This document shows positions 1 to 13,967 of a stretch of DNA of 64,000 nt, piece after piece. The notes beneath the pieces were generated by a model. That model did no database searches and had not been told where the DNA came from. It worked only from the letters and a program-made list of their open reading frames with translations. The first letter of the stretch is position 1. Each line of letters opens with the position of its first letter. Made by a program: the position numbers and the translations under genes. The stretch is from Phyllobates terribilis (Eukaryota). Location of the stretch: the NCBI RefSeq assembly GCF_046119375.1, contig NW_027362763.1, forward strand, positions 576,662,001 to 576,726,000, written 5' to 3'.

Positions 1-154
1 CACTGGCAGATTGAAATTAGCATTTAATAGGTTAACAGCCACAGGGAGAACTCCGCTCCACCCACAGCTGTTAAATGATGGCTGATTGAAAGAGGCAGGC
101 TCAGTGTGCATCAGAGTCAGGGACATGATGTAAATATCTCATGTTGTGAAGGGG
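1..154. mobile_element. Terminal fragment of a TTAA-flanked (piggyBac-like) non-autonomous element
   Basis: Ends ...GAAGGGG followed by TTAA (155-158), the same type of terminus as the 4750-6871 element; the other end is outside the window. Confidence 0.4.
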
Positions 155-639
155 TTAAAGCACAACAAAGTAGTGATCTAATAAAAGCTGCATCAAGAAC
201 GCTCATTGTGGGAATGTAGCCGGTACATTCAGTTTATGTACAAGGATTTAGAGGTGGATTCGGCTTCTAAATCCATATAAAAACCTACATCAAATACTAC
301 AGCAATTTGCCAAAGTTACTATAACAAAAGTATGAATGATGCCCATAAATAGGATAATAGAACAATATTCAGCACATATCAATGCAAGAGATAAGAAACT
401 ATAAAAGTTATTTGATACAAAAATTAAAACCAAAAAAAATATATATCTATAAAAGTACAGATGGTGGGTATGCCATATATAGCCACAAGGTGGCACCAGT
501 ATTCCACTAGGTTTATCTACAATCCATGCAGCAGTTATTTCATATAAGACCTAGCTTGACATTGGTGCCACCTTGTGGCCAATCACCATTTGTACATTTT
601 ATTTTTTTATTTTAGAATCAATAAATATAATTGTGCACA

Positions 640-1795
640 GTTTTTATATGATTAAATACATTCTGAATATGTTTCTAACCAAAATTAGAACACACTCAGA
701 CTGGGTCTCAGTTAACAGTGGGGTACCACAGGGGTCAGTATTGGGCCCGCTTCTTTTTAACATATTTATTAATGACCATGTAGGGGGCATACAGAGTAAT
801 ATTTCAATATTTGCAGATGACACTATAAACTCTGCAGGGTAATCCATACAGAGGAGGACAATTTTATAGTACAGGAGGATCTATGTAAACTAGAAGCTTG
901 GGCTGATAAATGGTAAATGAGCTTTAATGGGGATAAATGTAAGGTAATGCACTTGGGCAGAGGAAATAAAATGTATAATTATATGCTTAATTGTAAGACA
1001 CTGGGCAAAACTGTAACTGAAAAAGACCTGGGCGTATTGGTGGACGACAAGCTCACGTTTAGTGGCCAGTGTCAGGCAGCTGCTGCAAAGGCAAATAAAA
1101 TAATGGGATGCATTAAAAGTGGCATAGATGCTCATGAGGTGAACATAATTTTACCTCTATACAAGTCACTAGTGCGACCACACTTAGAATACTGTGTACA
1201 CTTCTGGTCTCCGGTGTATAAGAAAGACATAGCTGAACTAGAGCGGGTGCAGAGAAGAACGACCAAGGTTATTAGAGGACTGGGGGGTCTGCAATACCAA
1301 GACAGGTTATTACACTTGGGGTTATTTACTGTAGAAAAACAAAGGCTTAGGGGGCGATCTTATTACTATGTACAAGTATATGAGGGGACAGTACAAAGAC
1401 CTTTCTACTGATCTTTTTACTCTGAGGCCTGAGACTGGGACAAGGGGGCATCTTCTACATCAGGAGGAAAGAAGGTTTAATCATAATCACAAACAGGGAT
1501 TCTTTACTGTAAGAGCAGTGAGACTATGGAACTCTCTGCCGCATGATGTTGTAATGAGTGATTCACTACTAAAATTTAAGAAGGGCCTGGATGCCTTTCT
1601 TGAAAAGTATAATATTACAGGTTATATATACTAGATTCCTTGATAGGGCGTTGATCCAGGGAACTAGTCTGATGGTCGTATGGAGTCAGGAAGGAATTTT
1701 TTCCCCCAATGTGGAGCTTGGTGTTTGCCACATGGGTTTTTTTGCCTTCCTCTGGATCTACATGTTAGGCTATGGGTTGAACTAGATGGACTTAG
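640..1795 (+). mobile_element. 5'-truncated CR1 LINE (RT C-terminal part plus 3' UTR), frameshifted
   Basis: [27 protein letters not shown] motifs, then KCKVMHLG, EKDLGVLVDDKL, LVRPHLEYCVHFWSP, ELERVQRR and RAVRLWNSLP, split over three frames; followed by a CR1-type 3' UTR. Confidence 0.92.
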
Positions 1796-2789
1796 TAACA
1801 GTTTAAGGTTGAAGGAAGACTGTTAAAATGAGATTGCTCCTGTAGCACACAGTACTTTACACTATGTTGGACATTTCCAGTAAGATCAGCCAGAAGCTTT
1901 TTCACAGCGTGTTTAAAAGTTTTCTGCAGATTTATAGTCAAACCTACTCCTAAAGAATAAAAAAAAGCCACCACACCAAGACAAGGCACTGTACACAGGC
2001 CATGTATGTAACTCATACTCCTTTCTAGAGTGCCAGCCAGGTCAGTAGACCCCTTTCTCCTGACATATGAGGCATCCAAAGATGGCTACACAGGGCACTG
2101 TTAGCACTTGCCAGTCCTGCTCCTCAGCTGCCGGCCACTACTCTTCTAATAGCAGCCAAACAGTAGTTATTCTGTGAGACAAGCATTTTTCTGCCCATAT
2201 GGCTGGGACCACACAATGGCATTGGGGGCCACATGTGACCTCTAGGCCACAGTTTGTGCCCCAAGTCTCCACAGTTTACCTCATCTGTTCCCCAGACAGG
2301 ATGATCTCTGTCTCTTTCTGGTAGGTTTCCACTCTTCTGAAAGCTGCTGCTCAGAATCTCCATCTTGTCTCCATTAGGAGACACTCTGGGCTTAGGTACA
2401 GGTATTTCAGCCCCCAAGGCATTCATATTCTTATAGGGCACAGCCATATGCTGCTGTTTCCCAATCCCTCTCCTGCAACCCAGAGCCTCAAGCCAACTAT
2501 CCCACCCTTCAGGCCACAGTCAGCAATTTATATAGTAGCACCCCTCCCCCACCCCACCCTGACCAGAGCACCTATCCAATCCACCGCCCGTCCTATCCCC
2601 GATCACCCAGGTGTCCCCCTAGTAGCAGGGAGCTAACGTTATGTCTACATTCACATGTCCTGGAAACGTTGCAGATTTTCCACTCGGATCTTCAAAGTCT
2701 GCTGCAGAATTAAGTAGCAGCAAAGAGGATATTTTAACAAATTAAAGGGGTTTTCCACTACTCTGAAATCAACCCCTTCAAGACATGCT

Positions 2790-3772
2790 CTTTGCAACAC
2801 CCGCAAATGTTAACCTGTTAAATGCCGCTGCCATCGGCACGGCCCTAAACGTGATCACAGGTCGCCGATGGGTTGCTATGACAACAGGTCTATAGAAGAC
2901 TTCCAGGCTTGTCATTATGGACCTCCCCTGAAACCCAGCATGTGGCCGGGCTTCAAAGAAGACCGTGGTGTTTGCTACACACAGCAGCTTCAAGTCCCCT
3001 AAGAGGACTAACAAGTTCAGTAAAAAGTAAAAGAAAATAAAAGTTCAAACCACCCTCCTTTTCTCCCATTAAAAATAAAGATAATAAAAAATACACATAT
3101 GTGGTATCGCTGCGTTCAGAAAAGTCAGATATAACAAAATATAAAAATAATTAACCTGATCAGTAAACACCTTAAACAGAAAAAAATCAAGAACGCTAAC
3201 ATTTTTTTTTTGGACGCTGCAAAGCCATAAAAAATGCCATAGCAAGTGATCAAAACGTCATACCTATTCCAAAATGGTATAAAAAACACAGACGTCTCGC
3301 CCCGCAAAAAATAAGCTGTCACACATCTCCACTGACCGAAAAATGAAAACGTTACAGCTCTCGAAAAATGGCGACATAACCCCCCAATTATTTTTTTTTC
3401 TATAAAAACTTTTTTTACACCACTAAAATAATAAAAAAAAATGGACATGTTTGGTATTGCCGTAATCATACTGATGAGGAGAATCATATTGTAGGGTGAT
3501 TTTTACAGCAAAATGTACACCATAAAAAAAAATCCTGAAAAACAATGTCAGAATTGCATTTTCTTCACAATTGCTCCCCACATGGAATTTTTTTCCCGTT
3601 CTGTAGTACGCGATGTGGTAAAATAAATGGTGTCAATTAAAAAGTACAACTTGTTCCGCAAAAAATCAAACCCTCATATAATGTTTATGTGGACAGAAAG
3701 TTAAAAATAATTCATGGCTCTGGGAAGAAGAAGAAGAAAAAACGAAAGAGCAAAAAAGAAAATTGAAGGGGT
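2790..3772. mobile_element. Degenerate piggyBac-like non-autonomous element fragment
   Basis: AT-rich body with A/T runs like the 4750-6871 element; ends GAAGGGGTT; boundaries approximate. Confidence 0.35.
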
Positions 3773-4295
3773 TCATAACCTATTTTTAGGACCTCACCCA
3801 CTAAGATCACACAAAGACTACAGGGGTGCACAAAGCATTTCCCATGTGCCACTACCCAAATGCCACAATTCTGCATGAAATGTCCTCCAGCAGCAGCAAT
3901 GCCACATTACAGCAGAAAATGCCTCCCCAATGCCGCAGTTGAGCACGACGCATATCACAGCAACTCCAAACAGAGAAATTGATGCTGAAAATACATCTTA
4001 GCAGCTCAAAACAGATAAGAGATAGCGGGATGAATGGACCCATGGATGTTCGGGTTCGTCGAGTTCGACCGAACTTTAGTCCAAAGTTCAGTTCAGGGAC
4101 CAGAACTGTTCCTGAATCCGAACCCCATAGAAATCTATGGTGAGGTGACCCGAACTTTTGATTTCTCTCTCTCTCTTTTGTGTCAGACTGGGGTGTCTGT
4201 GGCTCATAGGTAGGGGCCACACTACAGCTACATGCTATAACTGTCAACTGTAAAATACAGATGGTTCCCGCACATCTACTGTGCCCACACCATAA

Positions 4296-4714
4296 GGCAA
4301 AGTTCACATGAGCATATAAAAAATCATCTGTGTTTCATCCAGAAAAAGCAGATCATTTTTCATTTGTATTGTCATCCATATGGCATTAATTTTTAATACA
4401 TCAGCAGTTATTAAAATTTACAAGATCAAATACAGTTTCCTACGCATAAGAATTGCAAGGTAGCCATAAGAATCAGATGCTATATGCTATATGGTTGATC
4501 TGTATGAAATCCAATTTTTTTTAGCACGCCCATAGTCTTGAATAGGTGCAGGAAATTAGTGCATGCTGCAATATTTTTCCACGTGGACAAGTGGTTAGTT
4601 GAAAAAAAAAACAACGATCATCTGAGTAGCCCTACTGATTAACATTGGTCTGAGTGCTGTCAGTTTGTTCAAGAACAGTACACAAACCGAAAATAGGGAT
4701 GTGTGAACTTAGCC
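4296..4714. mobile_element. PIF/Harbinger-type MITE
   Basis: TIRs GGCAAAGTTCACA / TGTGAACTTAGCC, flanked by TAA and TTA (TWA target typical of PIF/Harbinger). Confidence 0.7.
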
Positions 4715-4749
4715 TTACTGTGATGTACAATTATGCTGGCTTGCATTAA

Positions 4750-6871
4750 CCCCTTTACAACCCAAGGTGGTTTGCACGTTAATGACCAGGCCAATTTTTA
4801 CAATTCTGACCACTGTCACTTTATGAGGTAATTACTCTGGAACGCTTCAAATCCCTGATTCTGAGATTGTTTTTTCGTGACAAATTGTACTTCATTGTGG
4901 TAAAATTTCTTCGATATCACTTGCGTTTATTTGTGAAAAAAACGGAAATTTGGCAAAAATTTAGAAAATTTTGCAATTTTCAAAATTTGAATTTTTATGC
5001 CCTTAAATCAGAGAGATATGTCACACAAAAGAGTTAATAAATAACATTTCCCACATGTCTACTTTACATCAGCACAATTTTGGAACCAAAATTTTTTTTT
5101 GTTAGGGAGCTATAAGGGTTAAAAGTTGACCAGCGATTTCTCATTTTTCCAACAAAATTTACAAAACCATTTTTTTAGGGACCACATCACATTTGAAGTC
5201 ACTTTGAGAGGTCTTTATGACAGAAAATACCCAAAAGTGACACCATTCTAAAAACTGTACCCCTCAAGGTGCTCAAAACCACATTCAAGAACTTTATTAA
5301 CCCTTCAGGTGCTTCACAGGAATTTTTGGAATGTGGAAGAAAAAAATGAACATTTAACTTTTTTCACAAAAATGTTACTTTAGACCCAATATTTTTTATT
5401 TTCGCAGGGGTAACAGGAAAAAATGGACCCCAAAATTTGTTGTGCAATTTCCCCTGGGCACGCAGGTACCCCATATGTGGGGAAAAACCACTGTTTGGGC
5501 GCACGGCATGGCTCGGAAGGGAAGGAGCGCCATTTGACTTTTTGATTGCAAAATTTGCTTGAATAATTAGCGGACGCCATGTTGCGTTTGAAGAGCCCCT
5601 GATGTGCCTAAACAGTGGAAACCCCCCACAAGTGACCCCATTTTGGAAACTAGACCCCCCAAGGCACCTATCTAGATGCATAGTGAGCACTTGGAACCCT
5701 CAGGTGCTTCACAAATTGATTCGTAAGAATGAAAAAGTGGAAAAAAAAATACTTTTTCATTTTTACGAATCAATTTGTGATAAGACAGCTTTATTCTTTG
5801 GGTCAGTAGGTTTACAGCGGTACCACATTTATATAGTTTTTCCATGTTTTGGCGCTTTTACACAGTAAAAGCTATTTTATAGAAAAAAATATTTTTTTGC
5901 ATCGCTTTATTCTGAGAGCTCTAACTTTTTGATTTTTCGGATGATGGAGCTGTATGGCAGCTTGTTTTTTGCGGGATGAGATGACGTTTTCAGCGGTACC
6001 ATTTTTATTTATATTCGTCTTTTTGATCGCGTGTTATTCCATTTTTTGTTTGGCGGTATGATGATAAAGCATTGTTTTTTGCTTTGTTTTTTTTGTTTTT
6101 TTTTACCGTGTTCACTGAAGGGGTTAACTAGTGGAACAGTTTTCTAGGTCAGGTTGTTACGGACGCGGCGATACCAAATATGTGTACTTTTATTGTTTTT
6201 TTGTTTTTTTTTCATAATAATATTTATTGATGGGTACATTATATTTTTATTTTTAGCGGATTATTTTTTTATTTTTTTTTAAATATTTTTACAATTTTTT
6301 TTAAAAAATTTTTTTCACTTTCAGACATTTTTTTTTACTTTTTTACTTTGTCCCACTATGAGACTTTCACTTTTTTTATTCTGATCGCCTGCATGGCACA
6401 GGAATGCAGCACCATCCCTGTGCCATGCAGGCTGTCAGCGCTGGACAGGGAGAAGATTGTTTGGAGATGCACTGCGCATGTCCAAGCAATCTTCCTGCTG
6501 TCTGGTGACCCGGATGTTGTCATGACGACATCGGGTCGTCATGGCAACACCCGGGAAGCCGCTTCAGACAGCGCTGGAAGCCGGAAGAGGAGGTGAGTAT
6601 TGCCGATCACCTCCCCTTGCCCCCGCAATGCCGCGATCGACTTCGATCGACTTCGATCGCAGCATCGCGGGGGTTAATGTGCTGGGAGCGGTGCAGGACC
6701 GCTCCCTGCACAGAGTATCGGGTGTCAGCTGTGACAATCAGATGACACCCGGCGGCGATCGCGCCTGCACAGCCTGTGCGCGTGCGCGATCGCCATGACG
6801 TACTAATACGGGTCAGGCTCTTAAAGCCCAGGGCACTGACGCGTATTAGTACGTCATGGGCTTTAAAGGGG
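4750..6871. mobile_element. Non-autonomous piggyBac element (~2.1 kb)
   Basis: TTAA at 4746-4749 and 6872-6875; TIRs CCCCTTTA..CCCA at both ends; no transposase ORF. Confidence 0.8.
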
Positions 6872-7359
6872 TTAACAGGGGTTCTCCGGTGAAAACTACT
6901 TTCAGCTTTCCCATTGAGTAGGTGCAGGGTGGGGCAAACTAGGCATTTTTCTAGGTACCCCACTTCCCCAGGGGCCCCCAGCCAGTGGCATGTCACAAAT
7001 AATGGCACACCACACGGTCGCAATGGCGCCCGTGAGTCAGAGGGGGCCTGGTGCAATTGTCGGCCCCGGGCCCTCTCCCCCGCTCACGACATCGCACATT
7101 CAGCTGCATCAGCATCGTTAGATACCAATACAGTTGAAAGCAATGGTGCTGCTCCCTCTCCCATGCCCCCTCTGCCTCTGACGTCTCAGCCAGGGGGCAC
7201 GATGATGCCACTTCATCGCGTCTTGCTGTGCCAGGCAGTGGAGTTGCTGAGGAGACGTGCTGCAGAGACCGGAGTAGTGGGGGAACTGGGCGAGGTGAGT
7301 ATTACATTTTTTTTAAAATCAGTGAGTACTTGGTGGCCATTATACAGGAGGACTATGGG

Positions 7360-9350
7360 GCTGCATTATACTATATAGGGCTGCATTATACTATATGAGG
7401 CTACATTATACTATATGGGAAGTGCATTATACTATATAGGGTTATATTATACTCTATGGGGCTACATTATAGCATTATACCATATGTGGGCTGCATTATA
7501 CTATATGGCGGCTGCATTATACTATATGGGGCTGCACTATACTGTATGGAATGTGCATTATACTATATTGGGGCTGCATTATACTGTATTGGGCTGCATT
7601 ATACTATATGGGGCTGCATTATACCCTATGAGGCTGCCTTATACTCTATAGGGCTGCATTATACTATATTAGGATGCATTATACTATATGGAGCTGCATT
7701 ATACCACATGGGGCTGCATTATACCATATGGGGTGCACATTATACTATATGGGGGCTGCATTATACTATATGGGGCTACGTTATACTATATTGGGCTGCA
7801 TTATACTATATGGGGGCTGCATTATACCATATAGGGGCTGCATTATACTATATGGGAGCTGCGTTATACAATATAGGGCCTGCATTACACCATATGGGGT
7901 GTGCATTATACTATATAGGGCTGCATTATACTATATGGGGCTGCATTATACTATATTGGAAAGCATTATACTATATGGGGTGTGCATTATACTATATGGG
8001 GCTGCATTATACTATATGGGGCTGCACTATAACATATGGGGTGTGCATTATACTAAATAGGGCTGCATTATACTATATGGTGCTGCATTATACTATATGG
8101 CAGCTGCATTATACTATATGGGGGCTCAATTATACCATATGGGGGCTGCATTATACTATAATGAGCTGCATTATGATATATGAGGGCTTCATTATACTAT
8201 ATGAGGCTGCATTATACTATATGGGGGCTGGATTATACTATATAGGACTTCATTATACCATACAGGGGCTGTATTATACTATATGGAGCTGCATTATACT
8301 ATATAGGGCTGTATTATACTATATAGGGCTGCATTATACCATATGAGGGCTGCATTATACTATATGAGGGCTGCATTATACTATATGGGGCTGCATTATG
8401 CTATATGGAGCTGCATTATACTATATTGGGCTGCATTATATTATATGGGGCTGCATTATACTATATAGGGCTGTATTATACTATATGGGACTGCATTATA
8501 CTATATTTTGGCTGCATTATACTATATGAGGGCTGCATTATATTATATGGGGCTGCATTATGCTATATGGAGCTGCATTATACTATATGGGGCTGCATTA
8601 TACTATATTTTGGCTGCATTATACTATATGAGGGCTGCATTATAGAATATGAGGGCTGCATTATACTATTTGGGGTCTGCATTATACCATATGGGGCTGC
8701 ATTATACTATATGGGGCTGCAGCATACCATATGGGGTGTGCATTATACTATATGGGGCTGTATTATACTATATAGGTCTGCATTATATTATATGGGGCTG
8801 CATGATACAATATGGGTTGTGCATTATACTATATGGGGTTGCATTATACTATATGGGGCTGCATTATACTATATTGGACTGCATTATACTATATTGGGCT
8901 GCATTATACTATATGGGGCTGCATTATACTATATGGAGCTGCATTACACCATATGGGGCTGCATTATACAATATGGGGGCAGCATTATACTCTATCAAGT
9001 ATTATGTGCAGTGTATTATACTATATGTACTATATGGGGGCTGCATTATACTCTATACAAAAACTATGGGGTGCATTATACTATATGGAGGACCATGGGG
9101 AGTGCATTGTACTATATTGAGGACTATGGGGGTGCATTATACAATATGGAGGACTATGGGTGCATTATACTGTATGGAGGACTATGGGGTGTGTATTATA
9201 GTATATGGAGGACCATAAGAAGTGCATTATACTCTATGGAAAACTATGGGGCACATTATACTATATGGAGAACTATGGGGTGTGCATCATACTATATTGA
9301 CTATGGGTTGCATTATACTATGTGGAGGACTATGGGATGCATTATACTAA
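7360..9350. repeat. Minisatellite array, ~20-21 bp unit GGG(G)CTGCATTATACTATAT, ~2 kb
   Basis: Directly visible tandem repeat; the units lengthen to a GGAGGACTATGGGG-containing variant after ~9050. Confidence 0.97.
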
Positions 9351-11949
9351 AAAAGCAAAATGGTACCTATTCATTGAGTGATTGGATTGTTTATACCGGA
9401 ACAAAAATCATTGTTCAGCACATCACCCAGTGTGAACTTACAGAAGTGCTGCTGATAACATGATACTGTATGGAGACAGATTAATCTACTGGTGATCATT
9501 CTGTCCCCATCATTATTTGTCATCCTGTGTACAGAGACCAGGAAACAAGAGTAGAATGACTTTAATATTGTCAATCGTGCTCGTTTAATGGCCTGAACTC
9601 AGCGCATGTAAATACAACCAAAATGTTTCTGTGTGCTTGTATGTTAGCATTTGGGGCCCCACTTTAATCTTTTGCCCAGGACCCCACTTTGTCTAATTCT
9701 GGCCCTGAGTAGGTGATAACATATTGATTGGTGGGGGTCTGATCGCTGGGATCCCCACTCACTGGGAATTGTTATCCTCAACAGAGCACTGTTATCCCCT
9801 TTTCAAAATGGAGCTGCAGGTCAAATGCCCAACTACTGTTTCATTCATTTTCAATGGGTATGTTTCGGTGCCAGTTCAGACTGACAAGGATAAGGGTGAG
9901 GACAAAATCATGTTGGAGAATAGAGAAAAAGGAGAGGTTTATTGAGGGTCCTCTAGGGGCCCATTTAAAAAAGGAGGTAAAGGAAAAATTTTGGAAAGAC
10001 GAATTTGTACAAAATTTTTCTCCTCTCCTGGAGAGGAAAAGCATAGGTGCCAGCTGATTCCAAACTTTTTCTACTCTGTCATTGGCGAAAGAACTTGGAA
10101 GCATTGTACCTGGCGATTTTGTTATGTGGATACCATAGGGGGTGCTCATCGCACTTACAGTGGGAGGACTTGGCTGCGGTAAAATTAGAAGTTTAGACAG
10201 AGAAAAGCAATGAAGCCCAGCAGTCACTATGACCACAAGACTATAGTCAGTCCTAGATAGACATAGATGGGCCAGTCCTTTCCAGATGGGGCTAGCCCAT
10301 CCAGCCATTATGGGTTTCAGGGTCCTTTGCTCAGGCTGTGACTACAAGGACGAAATTTGAGTTGCCCTGGCAATTTAACAAAAGTCAATGTAAGTTTGGG
10401 GTTGGACCCCTTATTTAAATAAATACCCCAAATGGAATAAAGCTGGGGGAGGGGTTTAGTTTGGTCATGTCTCAAAAACGGACTCAGGAGGTTTCATTAG
10501 GGCGTATGGCGGGACTTTCTGAGTCTCCCTTTTTTGACAAATAAATTTTGCCTCACTCGCCATCTCTCTTACCCCAAAGTGTGTGCAGTGAATTTTGATG
10601 TGGCAGTTAGTTGGGTTAGGCCTTACAGGAGGGTGTCTCTTTTAGCGAAAACAGATATTGAGTCTGCTTCCACTAATTGCTTGTTCACCTCAAGAGTTAA
10701 AATTTGTTGGGATGTTTTTAGGTTGGTGGTTATTTTGTGGATTGGAGTCTTCCAATGGGTTGTTCGATTGTCGCTTGTTATTGTGATTGATAGAGTGGGT
10801 AGCTTGCCGTTAGGGGGTTCCTTAGGGGATATTCCCATCTTTAAGATCCTATCCCAATATGTAGTAGGTGTAATAGTAATAATATTAGCAAATACCTCCA
10901 ATTAGAAATGTAGTATAGTTCTTCTGATTCGCTATCTCGATTACTCCATGTGCAGGGCATTGAAGTAGCTTATTGAGGAGGGTGTGGAGATGTCACTTTT
11001 GTTGGTGGCGTCATTTGCATTCTTAAGGGAGTCAAGTCATGCTCCCTGTGACAATTGAGAGGGGTTCTCGGAGTTGGCAAAATTGTTGAGGCAGGGTTTT
11101 AAACTGGGTTGATGGTACCATTGGATTGTGTTTATAATTTGGTACTGGCCTGGAATATTGGGACCCTTCAAGGTGGGGACCCTTGGAGTTGATTGCATGA
11201 TATTGGGTTCCTGAAATTATAGGTTCCCCAGGCACTGTGTTTGTGAGAGGGGGTATTGCTGAAAGGTTAACATTTTCCGTACAGCTAAACTCTTGGAGCT
11301 CCAAGAACCTCCTTACCTAAAACTTGTTATTTATTTATGTTTGCAATAAAGGCCATTTTTTACCAGTTTAGTCCAAAACCATTAGACTGTCTTAATTTGG
11401 AATTTGGGGAGATTGGTGGAGGAAAGCTAAGTTAGATAGCAGCCAGCCTCTAAAATATAGGAATCATATAACAATGACAACTCCAGGTGCAAACTAAAAA
11501 TGTTATAAATTGTATATTATTAATATTGTAAAATATTAATTATTTCAATGCATAACTTGCATTTACTATTATTTCCTGCAGTAAAATTGTTATTACTATT
11601 TATTATAGTTCAAGTCAGAAGTTTGGCGTAGGATAAGTACACAGTTTGTCTTTTGCACTCTAAGGTGGAAGCTGGACAGGAACTGGATGGGAGATATGTG
11701 TCACTGAGATGGTCAGCAGTGGTGATGTTAAGGTTAGAAAATCAGGCTCTGGCACAGATAGAGGTGAGAGGGTTTTTTTAATGGGCTTGGATTTTTGGGT
11801 CCAGGTTTTAGGAGTGGCCAGAAGAGCTTGTTGGACCCAGCAGTGATCTCCACTTTCTGCTGCTAATTGACACCCCCTTGCTTGATATTTAAAAACCCTC
11901 ATTGTCTACAGAGAGTCGCCGGTAATGAAACTATTTTCCCCTTCTCAGG

Positions 11950-12312
11950 CCTGAAGTACTAGCAGTCGGCTAGTTTCTTCTTGGAGTTTCTTGGTGGATT
12001 ATTGTCGTCTTCTCTCTGGTGTCTTCTCAAGCTAAGTGTATCCCCTTGTCTGTTTTCCTTGTTTGTCTATAGTTGCAGTGGGGGCTGACTAGAGCTCACC
12101 CCTTCCCCTCCCTATCTAGGACCTAGCTCTAAGGACAGTTATGGATTAAGTACCCTGCTCAGCAATAGGTGCGGAACCTATTTAGGGATGGTAGGGGAGT
12201 CAGGGTGTTGTAAGATCTGCCTAGGGGTCTCCACTCTCCTTTTCCCTAGTTATTGGGATTCCCCCCTTTTCCCATCGTCATACACTTGGTCCTTCTTTTA
12301 CCTAGTGTGACA
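11950..12312 (+). mobile_element. Probable partial LTR (3' end ...CCTAGTGTGACA)
   Basis: LTR-like terminal TGACA with a compositional break; no 5' end or TSD found. Confidence 0.3.
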
Positions 12313-13869
12313 GTAGGTGTACCTTCCCAGCATCTTTTCCTTTGATCACAGTTAGAGTTCTGGGAGGTTATTCTTACTTCATTTATTTTTGGTTCTCCTT
12401 AGATTTCCTGATCTTCCCATTGTGAATGGGCTTTAAGTTTGTTCACCCTGGGTCTTAGTGTCCACCTGCACTCTTTCCTCTCCCCTTGTTAGTCTTTGTG
12501 TAGTGGCCTCCCCTCTTCTTCCTCAGGAGGCACCAGAAACCCCTCGATGAGCTTTTAGGGAGTAAGGTTCAACATGGTCTTTTTAGTTGTGCAGCTAGGG
12601 ATTGTCTAGTCTGTGCAGGGACCAGTAGGATGTGAGTTCGGCTTCTCTCTGTAATAGGTCGTCCTTATTCCGGTTACCCGTGTGTGAGTGTGTCACGTTC
12701 ATAAAAGAATAGAGCTGAAATGGAGCTCTATGTTTTATTTATTTTACTCACTTATACACCACCATTAATTCCACAGCTCTTTACGATCATCAGCGTCGAA
12801 CATGTTTCTCTCTAGCGATTAGATGAGATTGCCACTTGAAATACTCTTCCTATTTATTTCTGTTGTAAAATGGCCTACTGTTCATATGTCCAGTCTTTTA
12901 AGCTTTTTTCTGCTTAAGGATTTAAAAAATGACTGATGGGAGAAAAAATGAGTGCCTCACTTTTATAAAACATCTCCCGGAGGAAAACTTTCTAATTATG
13001 CACTGTCAAATCAAAAGGCTGAAAAAAAGGCTCCAGGAAAATTACTCTGCAAACTCCTCCAAAAACTCTTCAAAGAAAAAAAATATTTCTTTAAGCAGTT
13101 TCCACTAGAAAACTCTGCGTACTTGAAGTTGCTTTTCTTTTTTGACTTGTGGTTTTCACTGATGTTTTTCATTCAAATCCATCAAAATGGCACATGTAAA
13201 TCATGAATTTAGCACAAAATCCAATATTGTCTTTTTTGCACGATCTGTGAAACGATGTAAAAAATGCACTAAAATAATTTTCATATGTAAAATGACTCCA
13301 GTGGGCGACTGGAGTAGAGTGGAGCTAAATTTGATGACTTTTTGAAAAAGTTTCATTTCATGAATCTATCTAAAATATGTGGAAAAGTCACACTGACGTA
13401 AAAAACGTAAAACGAGCTAAACCCCAAATATGACTTCAAATTGTTTGATGAATTTGTCACAAAAGTCACTAATTGAGAAGTAATAATGCCAAAAAATGGC
13501 GGAAATGCAATGATGAATCCGGCCCTCTGTGTTTACACAACCTTAAACGGACCAGAATCACTGGTCCTCTTCTCCACTTACTAATGAGACATGTATGTTG
13601 TATATCATTGATATGCCATAAATGTTAGTAATATTAAACGCAAAGAAACATTAAATTTGTTTTTTTTTTAAAGATTTTTTTAACAAGAATTGCATGGAAG
13701 AATTAATAGATGTTCTCGGAGGGGCCATTGCCTTCTGTAGTTATTTCTTGGTGGTCAGGTACATGGCACAAGTCCTTCCGCACAGGTACAGCCTTGATGG
13801 TGGAGATGCTGTACTTCCTTCAGGGCGCTAGATGTGGAGGTTTTATTCCTATGAGATATCTCTGGTGCC

Positions 13870-13967
13870 TCAGCGGCAGCCGGCAGAAATACAGCTTCCT
13901 CCGATGAAGCGAGCAGCCCTGGATAATCCTCGCCGGCAGGATGATATCACCCAGCGGAAGATGGAAC
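13870..13967 (-). CDS. MAST-like terminal exon ([21 protein letters not shown]...CR*)
   Basis: Pyrimidine tract plus catag acceptor, phase 1; AATAAA on the minus strand at ~13843-13848. Confidence 0.7.

Noticed and set aside
7415-9463. Long Cys/Tyr/Gly-rich ORFs resembling keratin-associated proteins
   Set aside because: Produced in all three frames by the stop-poor minisatellite unit; no unique domain or splice structure
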